Source of the DNA: Bradymonadia bacterium
Lineage (GTDB): Bacteria; Myxococcota_A; Bradymonadia; UBA7976; UBA1532
Length of the DNA: 64,000 nucleotides
Direction of reading: 5' to 3'
Assembly: GCA_046290225.1 (NCBI GenBank)
Contig: JBKAGE010000047.1
Span: 1-64,000 of the forward strand
Part shown: in pieces, positions 9,996-19,720 of the stretch
Layout: every line of letters begins with the position of its first letter
Numbering within the stretch: the stretch's first letter is position 1
Position numbers and translations under genes: made by a program
Notes under the pieces: model-generated
The model's database searches: none
Told to the model about the DNA's origin: nothing
What the model saw: only the letters and a program-made list of their open reading frames with translations

Positions 9996-10039
9996 TCGTG
10001 TGCCGAGCACACTACACACTTAGTGTCATAAAAACAACA
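9996..10039. promoter_or_regulatory. tandem pair of NrtR-like operators upstream of PARG copy 2
   Basis: TCGTGTGCCGAGCACACTA (9996-10014) and TAGTGTCATAAAAACAACA (10021-10039); both GT-N7-AC pseudo-palindromes, 25-bp period. Confidence 0.6.
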
Positions 10040-10098
10040 TCCGGTTCTCAATTTGGGCGCACTCAAGACTCAGATACCGTCCGGGTTGAGGTGAAGCC

Positions 10099-10917
10099 TC
10101 ACTCAAGATGCACCTTGAACGCGTTGATGATGGCTCCACCTTTACGATCGAGTATGGCGAAGCACACATGCCTGAACACACCATCAAAATCGCCATGAAG
10201 TGCTTCAGCAAAGAGGCTTGCCATGAGTTCGGGATCATTGCGGAACACACCACAGCCCCAAGCACCGAGTACGATGTCTTGATGACCATAGTGGGCTGCG
10301 ATGGCCAGGACTTTGGCCACCCGACCTCGCATGGCAGCGCCGATCTCCACCGGACCCGCGCCGCGATGTTTTCGCGCGGCGTGCGCCTTGACTGCTGGGG
10401 AGGTGATGAAGGCACATCGATATGGCGCATCGAGCAAGGCGCCATCCTCGGTTCGAAAGACCGGCACGCCAGGGCTGTAGATGGCGTAGTCGGTGTACAT
10501 CGGGTTCTTCAGTCGCCGATGGTAATCGTACATCGGCTGATCTTTGAGACAGGCATACAACCCGGAGCACATGGCCAGGGACTCTTCCTGGGCCAACGAG
10601 CCGTTGAGAAATCGACCACCCGGGTTCTTTGCTGAGGCGAAGTTCAGTGCTACGAGCTCCGCGCTGGTGTCTTCGGCCATCCGTCGAGTCGCTTCGAGAG
10701 TGGTGTTGTTTTCCACTGTGATGACCGTCTCGAAGCGTGGCTCTGGCCGAGGCGGGCAACGATCTGGTGGCCACTCCACAGTCCAATCGATCGCGACCCG
10801 CAAGCTGTCATCAAGGGCCACCCGCTGACCCGAGGCATTGAGATAATGCCCTGCCTGGAGAATCTCCAAGGTCTCGTGGGCGAGGACGGCCCGTCCCTTC
10901 CGATTTGGGCGATTCAT
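10099..10917 (-). CDS. TIGR02452 family protein (bacterial PARG-like), copy 1, GGR variant
   Basis: Start MNRPNRKG with GGAG RBS; NFASAKNPGGRFLNGSLAQEESL. Confidence 0.9.
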   Translation of the reverse strand: MNRPNRKGRAVLAHETLEILQAGHYLNASGQRVALDDSLRVAIDWTVEWPPDRCPPRPEPRFETVITVENNTTLEATRRMAEDTSAELVALNFASAKNPGGRFLNGSLAQEESLAMCSGLYACLKDQPMYDYHRRLKNPMYTDYAIYSPGVPVFRTEDGALLDAPYRCAFITSPAVKAHAARKHRGAGPVEIGAAMRGRVAKVLAIAAHYGHQDIVLGAWGCGVFRNDPELMASLFAEALHGDFDGVFRHVCFAILDRKGGAIINAFKVHLE

Positions 10918-10932
10918 GAGACTCAGCTCCAA

Positions 10933-10976
10933 TAGTGTACGAACAACACTTGCGAGCTAGTGTCAAAACCACAACA
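10933..10976. promoter_or_regulatory. tandem pair of NrtR-like operators upstream of PARG copy 1
   Basis: TAGTGTACGAACAACACTT (10933-10951) and TAGTGTCAAAACCACAACA (10958-10976); GT-N7-AC core, 25-bp period. Confidence 0.6.
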
Positions 10977-11027
10977 ACTAATTTCTCAGAAGGCACCTTG
11001 CACGGATTCGTCGCCCCTCAGGGTGGC

Positions 11028-11249
11028 TCAGCGCCTGAGCCGCCAGGCCCTCACGTTCAGAATGGGGCCCACCATGTTGATGCCCATGGCCCCCTCGGCG
11101 AGGGTGGCCTCGACCTCGATGGTGCGATCGATGGCCTTGGGATCCAGATCACCTCGAAGCTCGTATTGCCCGTCATCGGTGACGAGCACCCAGATTGTGT
11201 CCATGAACGTCTGTTGGGTCAGACGACCCACATAAGTCTTCGTGCTCAC
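11028..11249 (-). CDS. small hypothetical protein (~73 aa)
   Basis: GTG start overlaps the S8 peptidase stop (GTGA); STKTYVGRLTQQ... Confidence 0.55.
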   Translation of the reverse strand: MSTKTYVGRLTQQTFMDTIWVLVTDDGQYELRGDLDPKAIDRTIEVEATLAEGAMGINMVGPILNVRAWRLRR

Positions 11250-12952
11250 AGAGATGCTCCTTGTCGCCGCACGTGCTCCGCGCCCATGACAGCCACCGCC
11301 ATGGCCAGAGCCAGAAGCCCGTGACCCCACAACCACGTCGTGTTCAGCCACGATGTCTCGAGGATCATCAAGTCCCCACCGAGAGCGCCGCTGAGCAAAC
11401 GCATCCCGAAGGCGATGCAGACCCCGGCAACCACCGGCGCCAGAGGGCGTACGAGCCCCAGCATGAATGCCAGCACGGCGGGCACGATGGCCGAGGCCCA
11501 GATCCAGCCGTCGCCGAAGCCCATACCCAGGGCCGCAGGCCAATCGGGCACGCCCCGGCCGAGAAGATGAGTCACGGTGTGGGGTGGGATCGGCAACAGG
11601 GGCAAAAAGAACACCCCTGCGGTGGAAATGCAGGCGGCGATGACCAGGACAGGCCCAGTACGGCCCAGGCTCAACAAGCTCACCAGCATCATGGCGAACA
11701 ACCCCGCCGCCACGAAGCGCGGCAGCATGTGACGCCAGATCACCCGAGATACGGCTCGATCCAAACTCAAGCGACCGACACCATAGCGTGCGGTGTCGTG
11801 GCCGCTGGCATCAGCGCTGTCCATCAAGGCCCGGGCTGCTGCACCGCCCGAGAGGCCCATGCCCTTCAACACGGCGACGGCGCCGGCCACGTGTGGAGTG
11901 GCCATCGATGTGCCCTGAAAGGCTTGGAAGCTCGGGCTCTGCCCAGGGCGTACGGTCTCTTGAAGCACCCCTCCACCGGGTCGGCGCAGATCGCCTCCTG
12001 GGGCGGCGATCTCTACGCCCTTCCCGAAGGTGCTGTAGGGCGCAGGCTTGCCATCAGGACCCAGAGCGGCGACGCCGAGGGCTTCGGGCACATGACCTGG
12101 ACAGTGCACCCCTTCACGGCCGGAGTTGCCGGCGGCGACCACCACGACGACACCTCGGGCGGCGGCCTTCTCGATGGCGATGTGGAGCACCTTGGAGTGG
12201 CCCCCGCCGAGGCTCATGTTGATGACGTCAGCACCACGATCGGCGGCGTCGTCGATCGCAGCAGCGATGCGGTCCGAGTCGCCTCCGCCTCGGGCACCCA
12301 GCACTTTGTAGGGCATGATGGTGGACGCAGGCGCCACCCCCACACCGCCCTGGCCGTTGTGGGTCGTCTGCGCGATGGTGCCCGCCACGTGCGTGCCGTG
12401 GCCGTGCTCGTCGATGAACGAGGGCTCCCGAGGCACGAAGGACCAGCCCTCTTCGAGACCGTTGTCCACGAGATCAGGGGTCTTCGCCACGCCCGTGTCG
12501 AGGACCGCCACCTTGACGCCAGCGCCGCCACCTGCTCGCCAGCCTGCAGGCGCACCCATGGCATGCATGTGCCACTGCTTGGGCCACAGCGGATCATCTG
12601 GGTAGCCAGAGGCCTGCATCCGTACAAGCGGCTCCGCGGCCTCTACGAGGGGATCATCACGGACAGCTCGGAGCGCCGCGGCGAGATCGGGCACGTCGAC
12701 CCGCACCAGCGCCTCGTCTGCAGAGGTCGGGGTGGAGTATTTCACCTTCAGCCCCGTGCGTTGCCGAAACGACTCAAGGTCTTCGGCGCTGGTGTCGTCG
12801 ATCAGGTCGATCACCAGCACCCCGGCGCCGTCGCTGGACACAGCCTTGCTCTGAGTGCCTCGCCACTCAGGGGCACCACCAGGAATAGAGAGGAGCGCTG
12901 CTGCTGCACACCCTGCGAGCACCAGCGCCTTCATCTTCGATTGTTTTGCCAT
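11246..12952 (-). CDS. S8 (subtilisin-like) serine peptidase with C-terminal membrane domain
   Basis: VAVLDTG, HGTHVAGT, GTSMATPHVAG catalytic triad; several C-terminal TM helices. Confidence 0.9.
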   Translation of the reverse strand: MAKQSKMKALVLAGCAAAALLSIPGGAPEWRGTQSKAVSSDGAGVLVIDLIDDTSAEDLESFRQRTGLKVKYSTPTSADEALVRVDVPDLAAALRAVRDDPLVEAAEPLVRMQASGYPDDPLWPKQWHMHAMGAPAGWRAGGGAGVKVAVLDTGVAKTPDLVDNGLEEGWSFVPREPSFIDEHGHGTHVAGTIAQTTHNGQGGVGVAPASTIMPYKVLGARGGGDSDRIAAAIDDAADRGADVINMSLGGGHSKVLHIAIEKAAARGVVVVVAAGNSGREGVHCPGHVPEALGVAALGPDGKPAPYSTFGKGVEIAAPGGDLRRPGGGVLQETVRPGQSPSFQAFQGTSMATPHVAGAVAVLKGMGLSGGAAARALMDSADASGHDTARYGVGRLSLDRAVSRVIWRHMLPRFVAAGLFAMMLVSLLSLGRTGPVLVIAACISTAGVFFLPLLPIPPHTVTHLLGRGVPDWPAALGMGFGDGWIWASAIVPAVLAFMLGLVRPLAPVVAGVCIAFGMRLLSGALGGDLMILETSWLNTTWLWGHGLLALAMAVAVMGAEHVRRQGASL

Positions 12953-13119
12953 ACCGCCCTCACATGACCACCAGGCCACAGCGTGACCCTAGCAAAGCCG
13001 CGCACCTCACTGACGCATAACGTGTCACTTAAAGGTCCATGACAGCCTTGATCCCCATGCTGGTTCTTGCTATCCGCCGGCTGTCACAACCGTAAACTCA
13101 TGAAGAAAAACGGTCACAT

Positions 13120-14727
13120 ATGAAGAAGCTGGCACACATCCTCGCCGCCGCCACCCTCGCCGTAGGGTGCGCCCCTGAGCAAGAGGTCGACACCGTGGCC
13201 CCTCTGGCCCCCGAGGGTTTCGATCTGCCCGTGAGCCCCGGTGGTGACGGCCTCAAGCCCGCCTTCGAAACCGAGACCGAGAAGCGCCAGAGCAAGGCCG
13301 AGCAGTTCGACGTGCGCGGCCAGTTCCAGGACATCTTCGGCTTCACCTCGGCCCCTTCGGGTGCCGTGCGGGCCATCGCCGAGTTCGAGAACACCGACGC
13401 CGTGCTGCTCTCCTGGGCCGGTGATCTTTCGCCATTCTTCGCTGATGTGGTCGAGGGCATCGTCGACGCGGCGCCGGTCTACATCATCACCCCCTCGGTG
13501 GGGTACTCCAACAGCGTGCGCGACTACCTCGCCCGCCGTGGGATCCCCACCGACGATGTGAAGTTCTTCGAGTTCGAGAACGACGCCTTCTGGACCCGTG
13601 ACTACGGCCCGGTGCCCGTGGCCCTCGCCGACGGCCGGCCCGCCTTCATCGATCACCGCTACTACCCGAACCGCCGCCGCGACGACGCCGTGCCCACCCT
13701 CATGGGCCGCTTCTTCGACGTGCCCACGTTCAGGCCGCAGCTGTCCACCGAAGGTGGCAACTTCATGGCCAACGGCGAAGGCCTCTGCGTGGCCACCGAG
13801 TGGGTGGTGGAGCAGAACCCCGGCCTGGGCACCTCTGGTGTGCTCGACATCAAGCGCGACTACTACGGCTGCGACGACACGGTGATCCTGGAGCGCATGG
13901 AAGGCGAAGGCACCGGCCACGTAGACATGTTCGCCAAGTTCACCACCCGGGACACGGTGATGGTGGGGTCGTACGACCGTCGGCAAGATCCGGTGAACGC
14001 CGCCATCCTGGACCGCAACGCCGAGCGCCTGGCCAACACCCGCCTCGCCGACGGCAGCTTCCTGCGGGTGATCCGGATCCCGATGCCGGCCTCGGACTAC
14101 CCGGTGTACCGCTCGTACACCAACTCGCTCATCGTGAACGACACGGTCATCGTGCCCACCTACCGTCGGGATCGCACCTATGAGGGTCAGGCCCTCGCGG
14201 CCTATCAGCAGGCCTTCCCCGCGAACTACAAGATCGTCACTGTGGACTCCGAGGACGTGATCCAGCTCGCCGGCGCGGTGCACTGCGTCACCATGGGCTT
14301 CAACCTCGCCGACGTCGAGCCCGGTGTCGACCAGCCCCGGCCCGACACCCCCGAGCCTCAGGATCCCGAGCCTGAAGATCCGGCACAGCCCCTGAGCTTC
14401 TCCTCGGAGCCTCAAGCGGCCATTCAGGATGGCGTACGCACTGAAGATGTGATCGAGGCCCCGGTGACGGGCACCCTGGGTCGCGTCTTCGTCGACGTCG
14501 ACATCAAGCACACTTACGTAGGTGATCTGCGGGTGACACTGACCTACCAGGGCGACGAGGTGGAGCTGATGCGCTTCGAGGGAGGCTCTGCAGACGACGT
14601 GAGCCGCACCTTCGCCGTGGACGCCTTCTCTGGTCTGCCCGCAGGTGCGGACTGGACCCTCGCAGTGGAGGACTACTACCGCGGCGACGAGGGCGTGCTC
14701 TCGAGCTGGACCGTACGCTTCGAGTAG
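13120..14727 (+). CDS. agmatine/peptidylarginine deiminase family lipoprotein with proprotein-convertase P domain
   Basis: Lipobox LAVGC; WTRDYGP, EGGN, GHVD, GAVHC; C-terminal HTYVGDL...W.L.V.D...D.G.L.SW. Confidence 0.85.
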   Translation: MKKLAHILAAATLAVGCAPEQEVDTVAPLAPEGFDLPVSPGGDGLKPAFETETEKRQSKAEQFDVRGQFQDIFGFTSAPSGAVRAIAEFENTDAVLLSWAGDLSPFFADVVEGIVDAAPVYIITPSVGYSNSVRDYLARRGIPTDDVKFFEFENDAFWTRDYGPVPVALADGRPAFIDHRYYPNRRRDDAVPTLMGRFFDVPTFRPQLSTEGGNFMANGEGLCVATEWVVEQNPGLGTSGVLDIKRDYYGCDDTVILERMEGEGTGHVDMFAKFTTRDTVMVGSYDRRQDPVNAAILDRNAERLANTRLADGSFLRVIRIPMPASDYPVYRSYTNSLIVNDTVIVPTYRRDRTYEGQALAAYQQAFPANYKIVTVDSEDVIQLAGAVHCVTMGFNLADVEPGVDQPRPDTPEPQDPEPEDPAQPLSFSSEPQAAIQDGVRTEDVIEAPVTGTLGRVFVDVDIKHTYVGDLRVTLTYQGDEVELMRFEGGSADDVSRTFAVDAFSGLPAGADWTLAVEDYYRGDEGVLSSWTVRFE

Positions 14728-14886
14728 AGCGCGTTTCGAACCGCTCCCCCCACCTTCGCCCCACCCCTACCCGACCTCGAGCAGTCGCGACGCCCTCTGT
14801 GTTCAGAGCCTTCTCAAGGCTCTTGCGAGGGTGGCTCAGATCCGCGACCCTCCCTTGCCCACTTTCGACATGAGCGGAGAGACCTG

Positions 14887-15885
14887 TTGAGCGATCCCAC
14901 CCAGAGCCAAGGCCGTGAGTCCGTGGTCCGCGGCGCCAAGACCCGGATGATGCCCACCGAAGACCTGCAGCCCCACCCTCTCAACGCCCGCATCTATGGT
15001 GATCGGGCCGATGACGAGCTGATGTGGCAGATCGACCGCCTCGGGGTGATCAACCCGCTGCTCATCAGCGACGCCCGGGTGGTCATCAGCGGGCACCGCC
15101 GCCTCGACGCGGCGAAGCGCCTCGGCCTCGAGGTGGTGCCCACCCTCACGGCACAGGTGGAAGATCCCCTCGAGATCGAAGAGCTGATCATCCAGGCCAA
15201 CAAGCACCGTCAGCACACCAATGAGCAGCTGGTCCGCGAATACCAGCACCTCAAGCTCATCGAGGCCCGGCGGGCGGAGCTGCGGGCGGCCAAGGCGGCT
15301 CAGCCCGTGCCCGAGGCCCTCACTGAAGATGCTGAAGGTGCTGAAGGCGAAGAGAGCACTGAGGCAGCCCTGGCGCCGTCACCGGTCATCGTGGAGGCCG
15401 GCGCCGCCGTGCATCACATGCCCGAAGGCGAGCAGGCCAAGGGTGAGACCGCCGATCTGCGCCCTCCCACGGCGGCGGAGATCCGTAAGGCCGCGGCGGC
15501 AAAGGTGGGCAAGGGGGCCAGCACCCTCGAGAAGGGCCTCCGCGTCGTCGAGGTCATCGACCAGCTCAAGGCCTCTGCGAACCCTGAAGAGGCGAACAAC
15601 CTGCAGAGCATCCTCAACAACCGCAGCGTGAACGCCGCTTACAAGGAGATCCTCGGGGAGAAGCCCGAGAAGAAGGCTCCCAGCCGCCCACCCCTCGCCC
15701 GTATGCGGGGCATGGTGGCGGCCATCGAGGGCTGGCTCGAAGCCGGGGAGCATGCCCCTGAGGAGATCCGTCCCATGTTCCAAGATGCGATCCAGGCTGC
15801 TCAGAAAGCCATGGAGGCCTGGGAGCAGCACCTGATCTCGCAGAAGCAGAACCGCGACACCGAGCCCGAGGCTGAAGAGGCCTGA
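14887..15885 (+). CDS. ParB/Srx N-terminal domain protein
   Basis: L.PHPLNARIY...GVINPLLI...VISGHRRL.AAK.LG. Confidence 0.75.
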   Translation: MSDPTQSQGRESVVRGAKTRMMPTEDLQPHPLNARIYGDRADDELMWQIDRLGVINPLLISDARVVISGHRRLDAAKRLGLEVVPTLTAQVEDPLEIEELIIQANKHRQHTNEQLVREYQHLKLIEARRAELRAAKAAQPVPEALTEDAEGAEGEESTEAALAPSPVIVEAGAAVHHMPEGEQAKGETADLRPPTAAEIRKAAAAKVGKGASTLEKGLRVVEVIDQLKASANPEEANNLQSILNNRSVNAAYKEILGEKPEKKAPSRPPLARMRGMVAAIEGWLEAGEHAPEEIRPMFQDAIQAAQKAMEAWEQHLISQKQNRDTEPEAEEA

Positions 15886-15887
15886 TC

Positions 15888-17438
15888 GTGCCGAGCGTGT
15901 GGCGCCCATCCCGCCGAGGCCTGCGCCTTCTGGGCCCCAAAGCGAGCCGATGGGCTGCGCTCTGCCTCTTGAGCGCCTGTGATCTGCTCTCCCCCGACCC
16001 TCCTTTGGAAGAAGGCTGGCCTTCTCAGGTGAGCTGGCCCGACGCAGGGGTTGCGCAAGCGGTGGTCGCGCCGCCTCTCGAAGGTGCGCTGCGCATCGCC
16101 ACACCTCACCTTCCCCGGCACTGGCACCCCATCTATGCCACTGATCCCGCCACGGAGGAGATGCTCGGTCATCTCTACCCCGGGCTCACCCGACTGGATG
16201 ACGAAGGTGCGCCCCAACCTGCCCTCGCAGAGCGTTGGACCACAGAGGCAGATGGCTTTGTCTGGGTGTTCACCCTGAGCCCTGACGCCCGCTGGTCCGA
16301 CGGCAGCCCGATCACAGCTGATCAGGTGGTGGCTCGCTGGCTTCAGGTGATCAACCCCACCCTCGAAAGCCCCCACGCCTGGCGCCTCGGTGCCATCGAT
16401 GGGGTGGTGCCCCTTCACCGGAGCCCACGGCGCTGGAGCCCGCGCCGCCGCGCCCCCAGCTTCCCTGGGGTCGAGATCGTCGATCCACAGGTCATACGCA
16501 TCGAGCTGGCCCGCCCGGCGCCGGAGCTGCCGGCGCTGCTTGCCCACCCAGCCCTGTCACCGCTTCATCCCGAGACACCGAAGCAGGTCGATGGTCCTCC
16601 ATCGATCACTGCAGGGCGCCATCGGGTCGAGACCCTCGAAGACGATCGCATGGTGCTGACGCCGACGACGCCGGGTGTGCTGACGTTGGACTACACGGTG
16701 TGCCATGCCCCTGCGCAACTCACCGAGGCCATCGCTCAAGGGCGCATCGATCGCAGCGGCCGATGCCCTGTTGATCCCCCGAGCACACCCGGGCCCGGCT
16801 GGTTGGAGCAAGGGGCCGAGGTGAGATCGCTCGAGGTCATGGGGCACCTGCCACCCTCTCTCTGGCAGGCGCTGTCACAGACCATCGATCGCGATGTGCT
16901 GGTGACACAGGTCACCGAAGCCCAAGACCCGGCCTTGAGCCTCGACGCCGAGGACACAGTCTCGGCCGACGCGCGCTCTCGAGACGACATCTTCGGGTTC
17001 GACCCCACCGCCGCGCGCGCCGCTCTGGCCCAACACCCCATCGAGCACCTGACGCTGTATCACGACCCCGTCGAGCCTCTCCCCTGGCTCGCGAAGGCCC
17101 TCGCCCGCATGTGGCACCGTCACCTGGGCATTGTCGTGCATGTGCAGACAGGCACCTGGCCGATGACCGAGGTTACTCGGGGCCCAATGCTCGCCCTCAA
17201 AAACACCAACGCTGTCTCAGAGCAGCCCCCCGCCCAACTCCTAACGCTCTCCGAGCGCTGGACCGGACACCCGCTGAGCGATCCGTTCACCGAGGCCCTC
17301 GTGGAGCGTGCCCTCGGCGAGCCCTCTGCTGATCTCAGATCAGCCCTCGCCGCTCAGGCCCGCGCCCGCCTCCAGGGGGTGCAGCGCCTGCCGCTCTACA
17401 CACGACAACAATGGCAGTTCATACGCTCGACAGATTGA
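15888..17438 (+). CDS. ABC transporter substrate-binding protein, family 5 (OppA-like)
   Basis: Lipobox LLSAC; PALAERW, WVFTL..DARWSDG.PITA. Confidence 0.75.
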   Translation: MPSVWRPSRRGLRLLGPKASRWAALCLLSACDLLSPDPPLEEGWPSQVSWPDAGVAQAVVAPPLEGALRIATPHLPRHWHPIYATDPATEEMLGHLYPGLTRLDDEGAPQPALAERWTTEADGFVWVFTLSPDARWSDGSPITADQVVARWLQVINPTLESPHAWRLGAIDGVVPLHRSPRRWSPRRRAPSFPGVEIVDPQVIRIELARPAPELPALLAHPALSPLHPETPKQVDGPPSITAGRHRVETLEDDRMVLTPTTPGVLTLDYTVCHAPAQLTEAIAQGRIDRSGRCPVDPPSTPGPGWLEQGAEVRSLEVMGHLPPSLWQALSQTIDRDVLVTQVTEAQDPALSLDAEDTVSADARSRDDIFGFDPTAARAALAQHPIEHLTLYHDPVEPLPWLAKALARMWHRHLGIVVHVQTGTWPMTEVTRGPMLALKNTNAVSEQPPAQLLTLSERWTGHPLSDPFTEALVERALGEPSADLRSALAAQARARLQGVQRLPLYTRQQWQFIRSTD

Positions 17439-17458
17439 ACGTCGATCAGTGATGTCGC

Positions 17459-18649
17459 TTAGGGGGTGGGGCCGCAGACCGCCTCGTTCCACCAGATGGT
17501 GTGGCGGCCATAGCGGGTGCCGTACTTCGCGGCGATGCCATACTGGGCGCCATCAGGGTGGCCCAGGGCTTCGGCGATGAGGCCATAGAAGCGATCGAGA
17601 TCGAAGCAGCGGGGATCACAGTGGCCCCAGAATGCCCGGTCGTCCCAGAAGTGGGTGGTCACCTCGGGCAAGTAGCCCGCCTTGAGGGAGGCCTGCAGGT
17701 AACGCTGAGCTGCGCCCTTGTACTGCTCGTCGGTGTACCCCTCGAGGGCCACGGGCTCGTCACGGTTGAAGCAATCACTGCCCAGGCTCTGGATCAGCTC
17801 GATGTTGAGGGCGCGGCCGATGCGATCGTTGCGGGCCTCGAGGTAGGGCATCGCCTTTTTGCAGGCCTCGGACACCTCGTCTTTGTGGCCAGGGAAGATC
17901 ACTGCGTCGACCCCGGTGCCCATCCCATCGAGCTCCATCTCGGCGAGTGTGCAGAGATGCTCTATCGTCCAGGCTGACGTGGTGTAGATGCGCCCCTCGG
18001 TGGCGGTGAGCTCCTTCAGCGCCTTCTCGGTCTCCGATTCGATCTCTTCTGCAGTGAGTCCCAGGCCATCGAGGGCATGCTCCAGGGCCGTTGACTGCGC
18101 ATCGGGATAAGTGAAGGACCACACCACCCGGCTGACCTGGGCGATCTCGTCATTGCTCAAGATGTCGGTGCCGCGCTCGTGATAGCTGGACGGAGGCCGG
18201 CGCGGGCTGAAGATCTCCGGCCGGGTCACGAAGGTCTCTCCGTCACGGTGAATGAAGACACCAGGGCCATGGCCCAGAGGTCCGCGACCCTCGGCCACCA
18301 ACCGCTCGTAATAGCTGTCAGAAGAGATGCCTGCGGTGTCGTGCAGCACGAAACGGGGCTCGGCGAGCTTGAGCGACTCGAAGTCGAGGTCGACCCCTGA
18401 TCCGCTCAGAGCGCTGAGGATCTTCTGCTCCAGGTCAAAATCGACAGCGGTGAAGGCATAATTGCCCGAGTCACCCCCGATGCCGTCGTCTTTGTCACTG
18501 CCGGTCCCATCGGGGCTGCCCTCTGCCTCTGGCATCTCCGCAGGCTGGCCACCGGGCTCGCCGTCAGTGGAGTCACCACACCCCACCATCCACAACGCCA
18601 TGACAGCGCTGAACCAGAGAGGACGGCGAGACAATGCACGTGACAGCAT
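17459..18649 (-). CDS. hypothetical lipoprotein
   Basis: Signal peptide ending WMVGC; GC3-biased ORF; start uncertain. Confidence 0.6.
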   Translation of the reverse strand: MLSRALSRRPLWFSAVMALWMVGCGDSTDGEPGGQPAEMPEAEGSPDGTGSDKDDGIGGDSGNYAFTAVDFDLEQKILSALSGSGVDLDFESLKLAEPRFVLHDTAGISSDSYYERLVAEGRGPLGHGPGVFIHRDGETFVTRPEIFSPRRPPSSYHERGTDILSNDEIAQVSRVVWSFTYPDAQSTALEHALDGLGLTAEEIESETEKALKELTATEGRIYTTSAWTIEHLCTLAEMELDGMGTGVDAVIFPGHKDEVSEACKKAMPYLEARNDRIGRALNIELIQSLGSDCFNRDEPVALEGYTDEQYKGAAQRYLQASLKAGYLPEVTTHFWDDRAFWGHCDPRCFDLDRFYGLIAEALGHPDGAQYGIAAKYGTRYGRHTIWWNEAVCGPTP

Positions 18650-18752
18650 GGGACACCTCGATGCACATGAACCGATGTACTCTGTTGTAGCAGGAACCAT
18701 GCCCGGATTGAACGGGCGTATGACATGCACACGATGCCATATATCGCCGGAC

Positions 18753-19652
18753 TCAAAAGATGAGTTTGGGCTCCAGGTGAGGGCGAATCCGCGCTTGTGG
18801 CAGATCAGGCGTCGGCGCCCCACGAGGCACGCTGCGCATTTTGATGGCCAGGGTGTACCGGGGCAGCTCCGCAAGAGCCGTCGGGGGTCGAGCGCCATGA
18901 CGCAACGCGCCACGGAACAGCGCCCCACGGCCTGGCCGGGGGACCACCGGCAACCGGCCATCTTCGTCATCGTCGTAGATCACGGTCTCGCCGCCCCAGT
19001 CTGCCGCCCACCGGGGGCAGGCGGAGTACACCAGCGTCAAATCGCGATCCACAGGCCAGCAATCGGTGTGAATGACAGGGGTGTCCGAGGGCAAAAGGCA
19101 ATCTGCGTAGATGCGGCTGACGTAAAAGTCTTCTCTGGGAAACAGATCGACCAGCAAGCCTTGCACGCGGCTGTGCAGCCACGAAGACCGGAAGTTCTCC
19201 AGCTCGACCTCCAGTGAGAACCGCCTGAGGTGTGACGTGGCCTCTGTAGAATGCTGCAGCCGCGCGAACTCGGCGGACTCCAGCGCCTCGAAGAGGCTCT
19301 GCTGCTCCGCCTCGGTGGCCAGCCCGTCGAGAATGAGAGCCTCTCGACCACTCACCTCTATCCGATGGGAGACACGGGGGCCTGTCGGGGTGGGCGCCTG
19401 GGCCTCTTCGGGGGTGACCAGCGCCCCCATGGTTTGGAGCGTCTCCACCAGCCCGAGCCCCTCATCACCAAAGCCCGCTGATTCGAGGGCTTCAGCCACG
19501 GTGCGACGCCCGTCGAAGGCATGCACCAGCGCCACCGCCCGCGGCGGCAACGCCACCTGTTTCGGCTCCAGCCCACGGCGCAACAGCAGACGGTTGCTGT
19601 TGTCCCAGCGCAAGCTCAAGGCCTCGTGTCTCTGGAAGACGAGATCGCGCAT
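18753..19652 (-). CDS. 2OG-Fe(II) oxygenase with N-terminal wHTH/RRE-like extension
   Basis: HTD...WGGET...PRPGR..LF....H....R motifs; N-terminal FDGRRTVAE...LVETLQTMGALV. Confidence 0.75.
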   Translation of the reverse strand: MRDLVFQRHEALSLRWDNSNRLLLRRGLEPKQVALPPRAVALVHAFDGRRTVAEALESAGFGDEGLGLVETLQTMGALVTPEEAQAPTPTGPRVSHRIEVSGREALILDGLATEAEQQSLFEALESAEFARLQHSTEATSHLRRFSLEVELENFRSSWLHSRVQGLLVDLFPREDFYVSRIYADCLLPSDTPVIHTDCWPVDRDLTLVYSACPRWAADWGGETVIYDDDEDGRLPVVPRPGRGALFRGALRHGARPPTALAELPRYTLAIKMRSVPRGAPTPDLPQARIRPHLEPKLIF

Positions 19653-19720
19653 GTCGCTCTCCTCGCAGTGCGTGCGGGAGACTAGAGCAGAATCGAGCAC
19701 CTGCTGCCAGAGCACACGGC

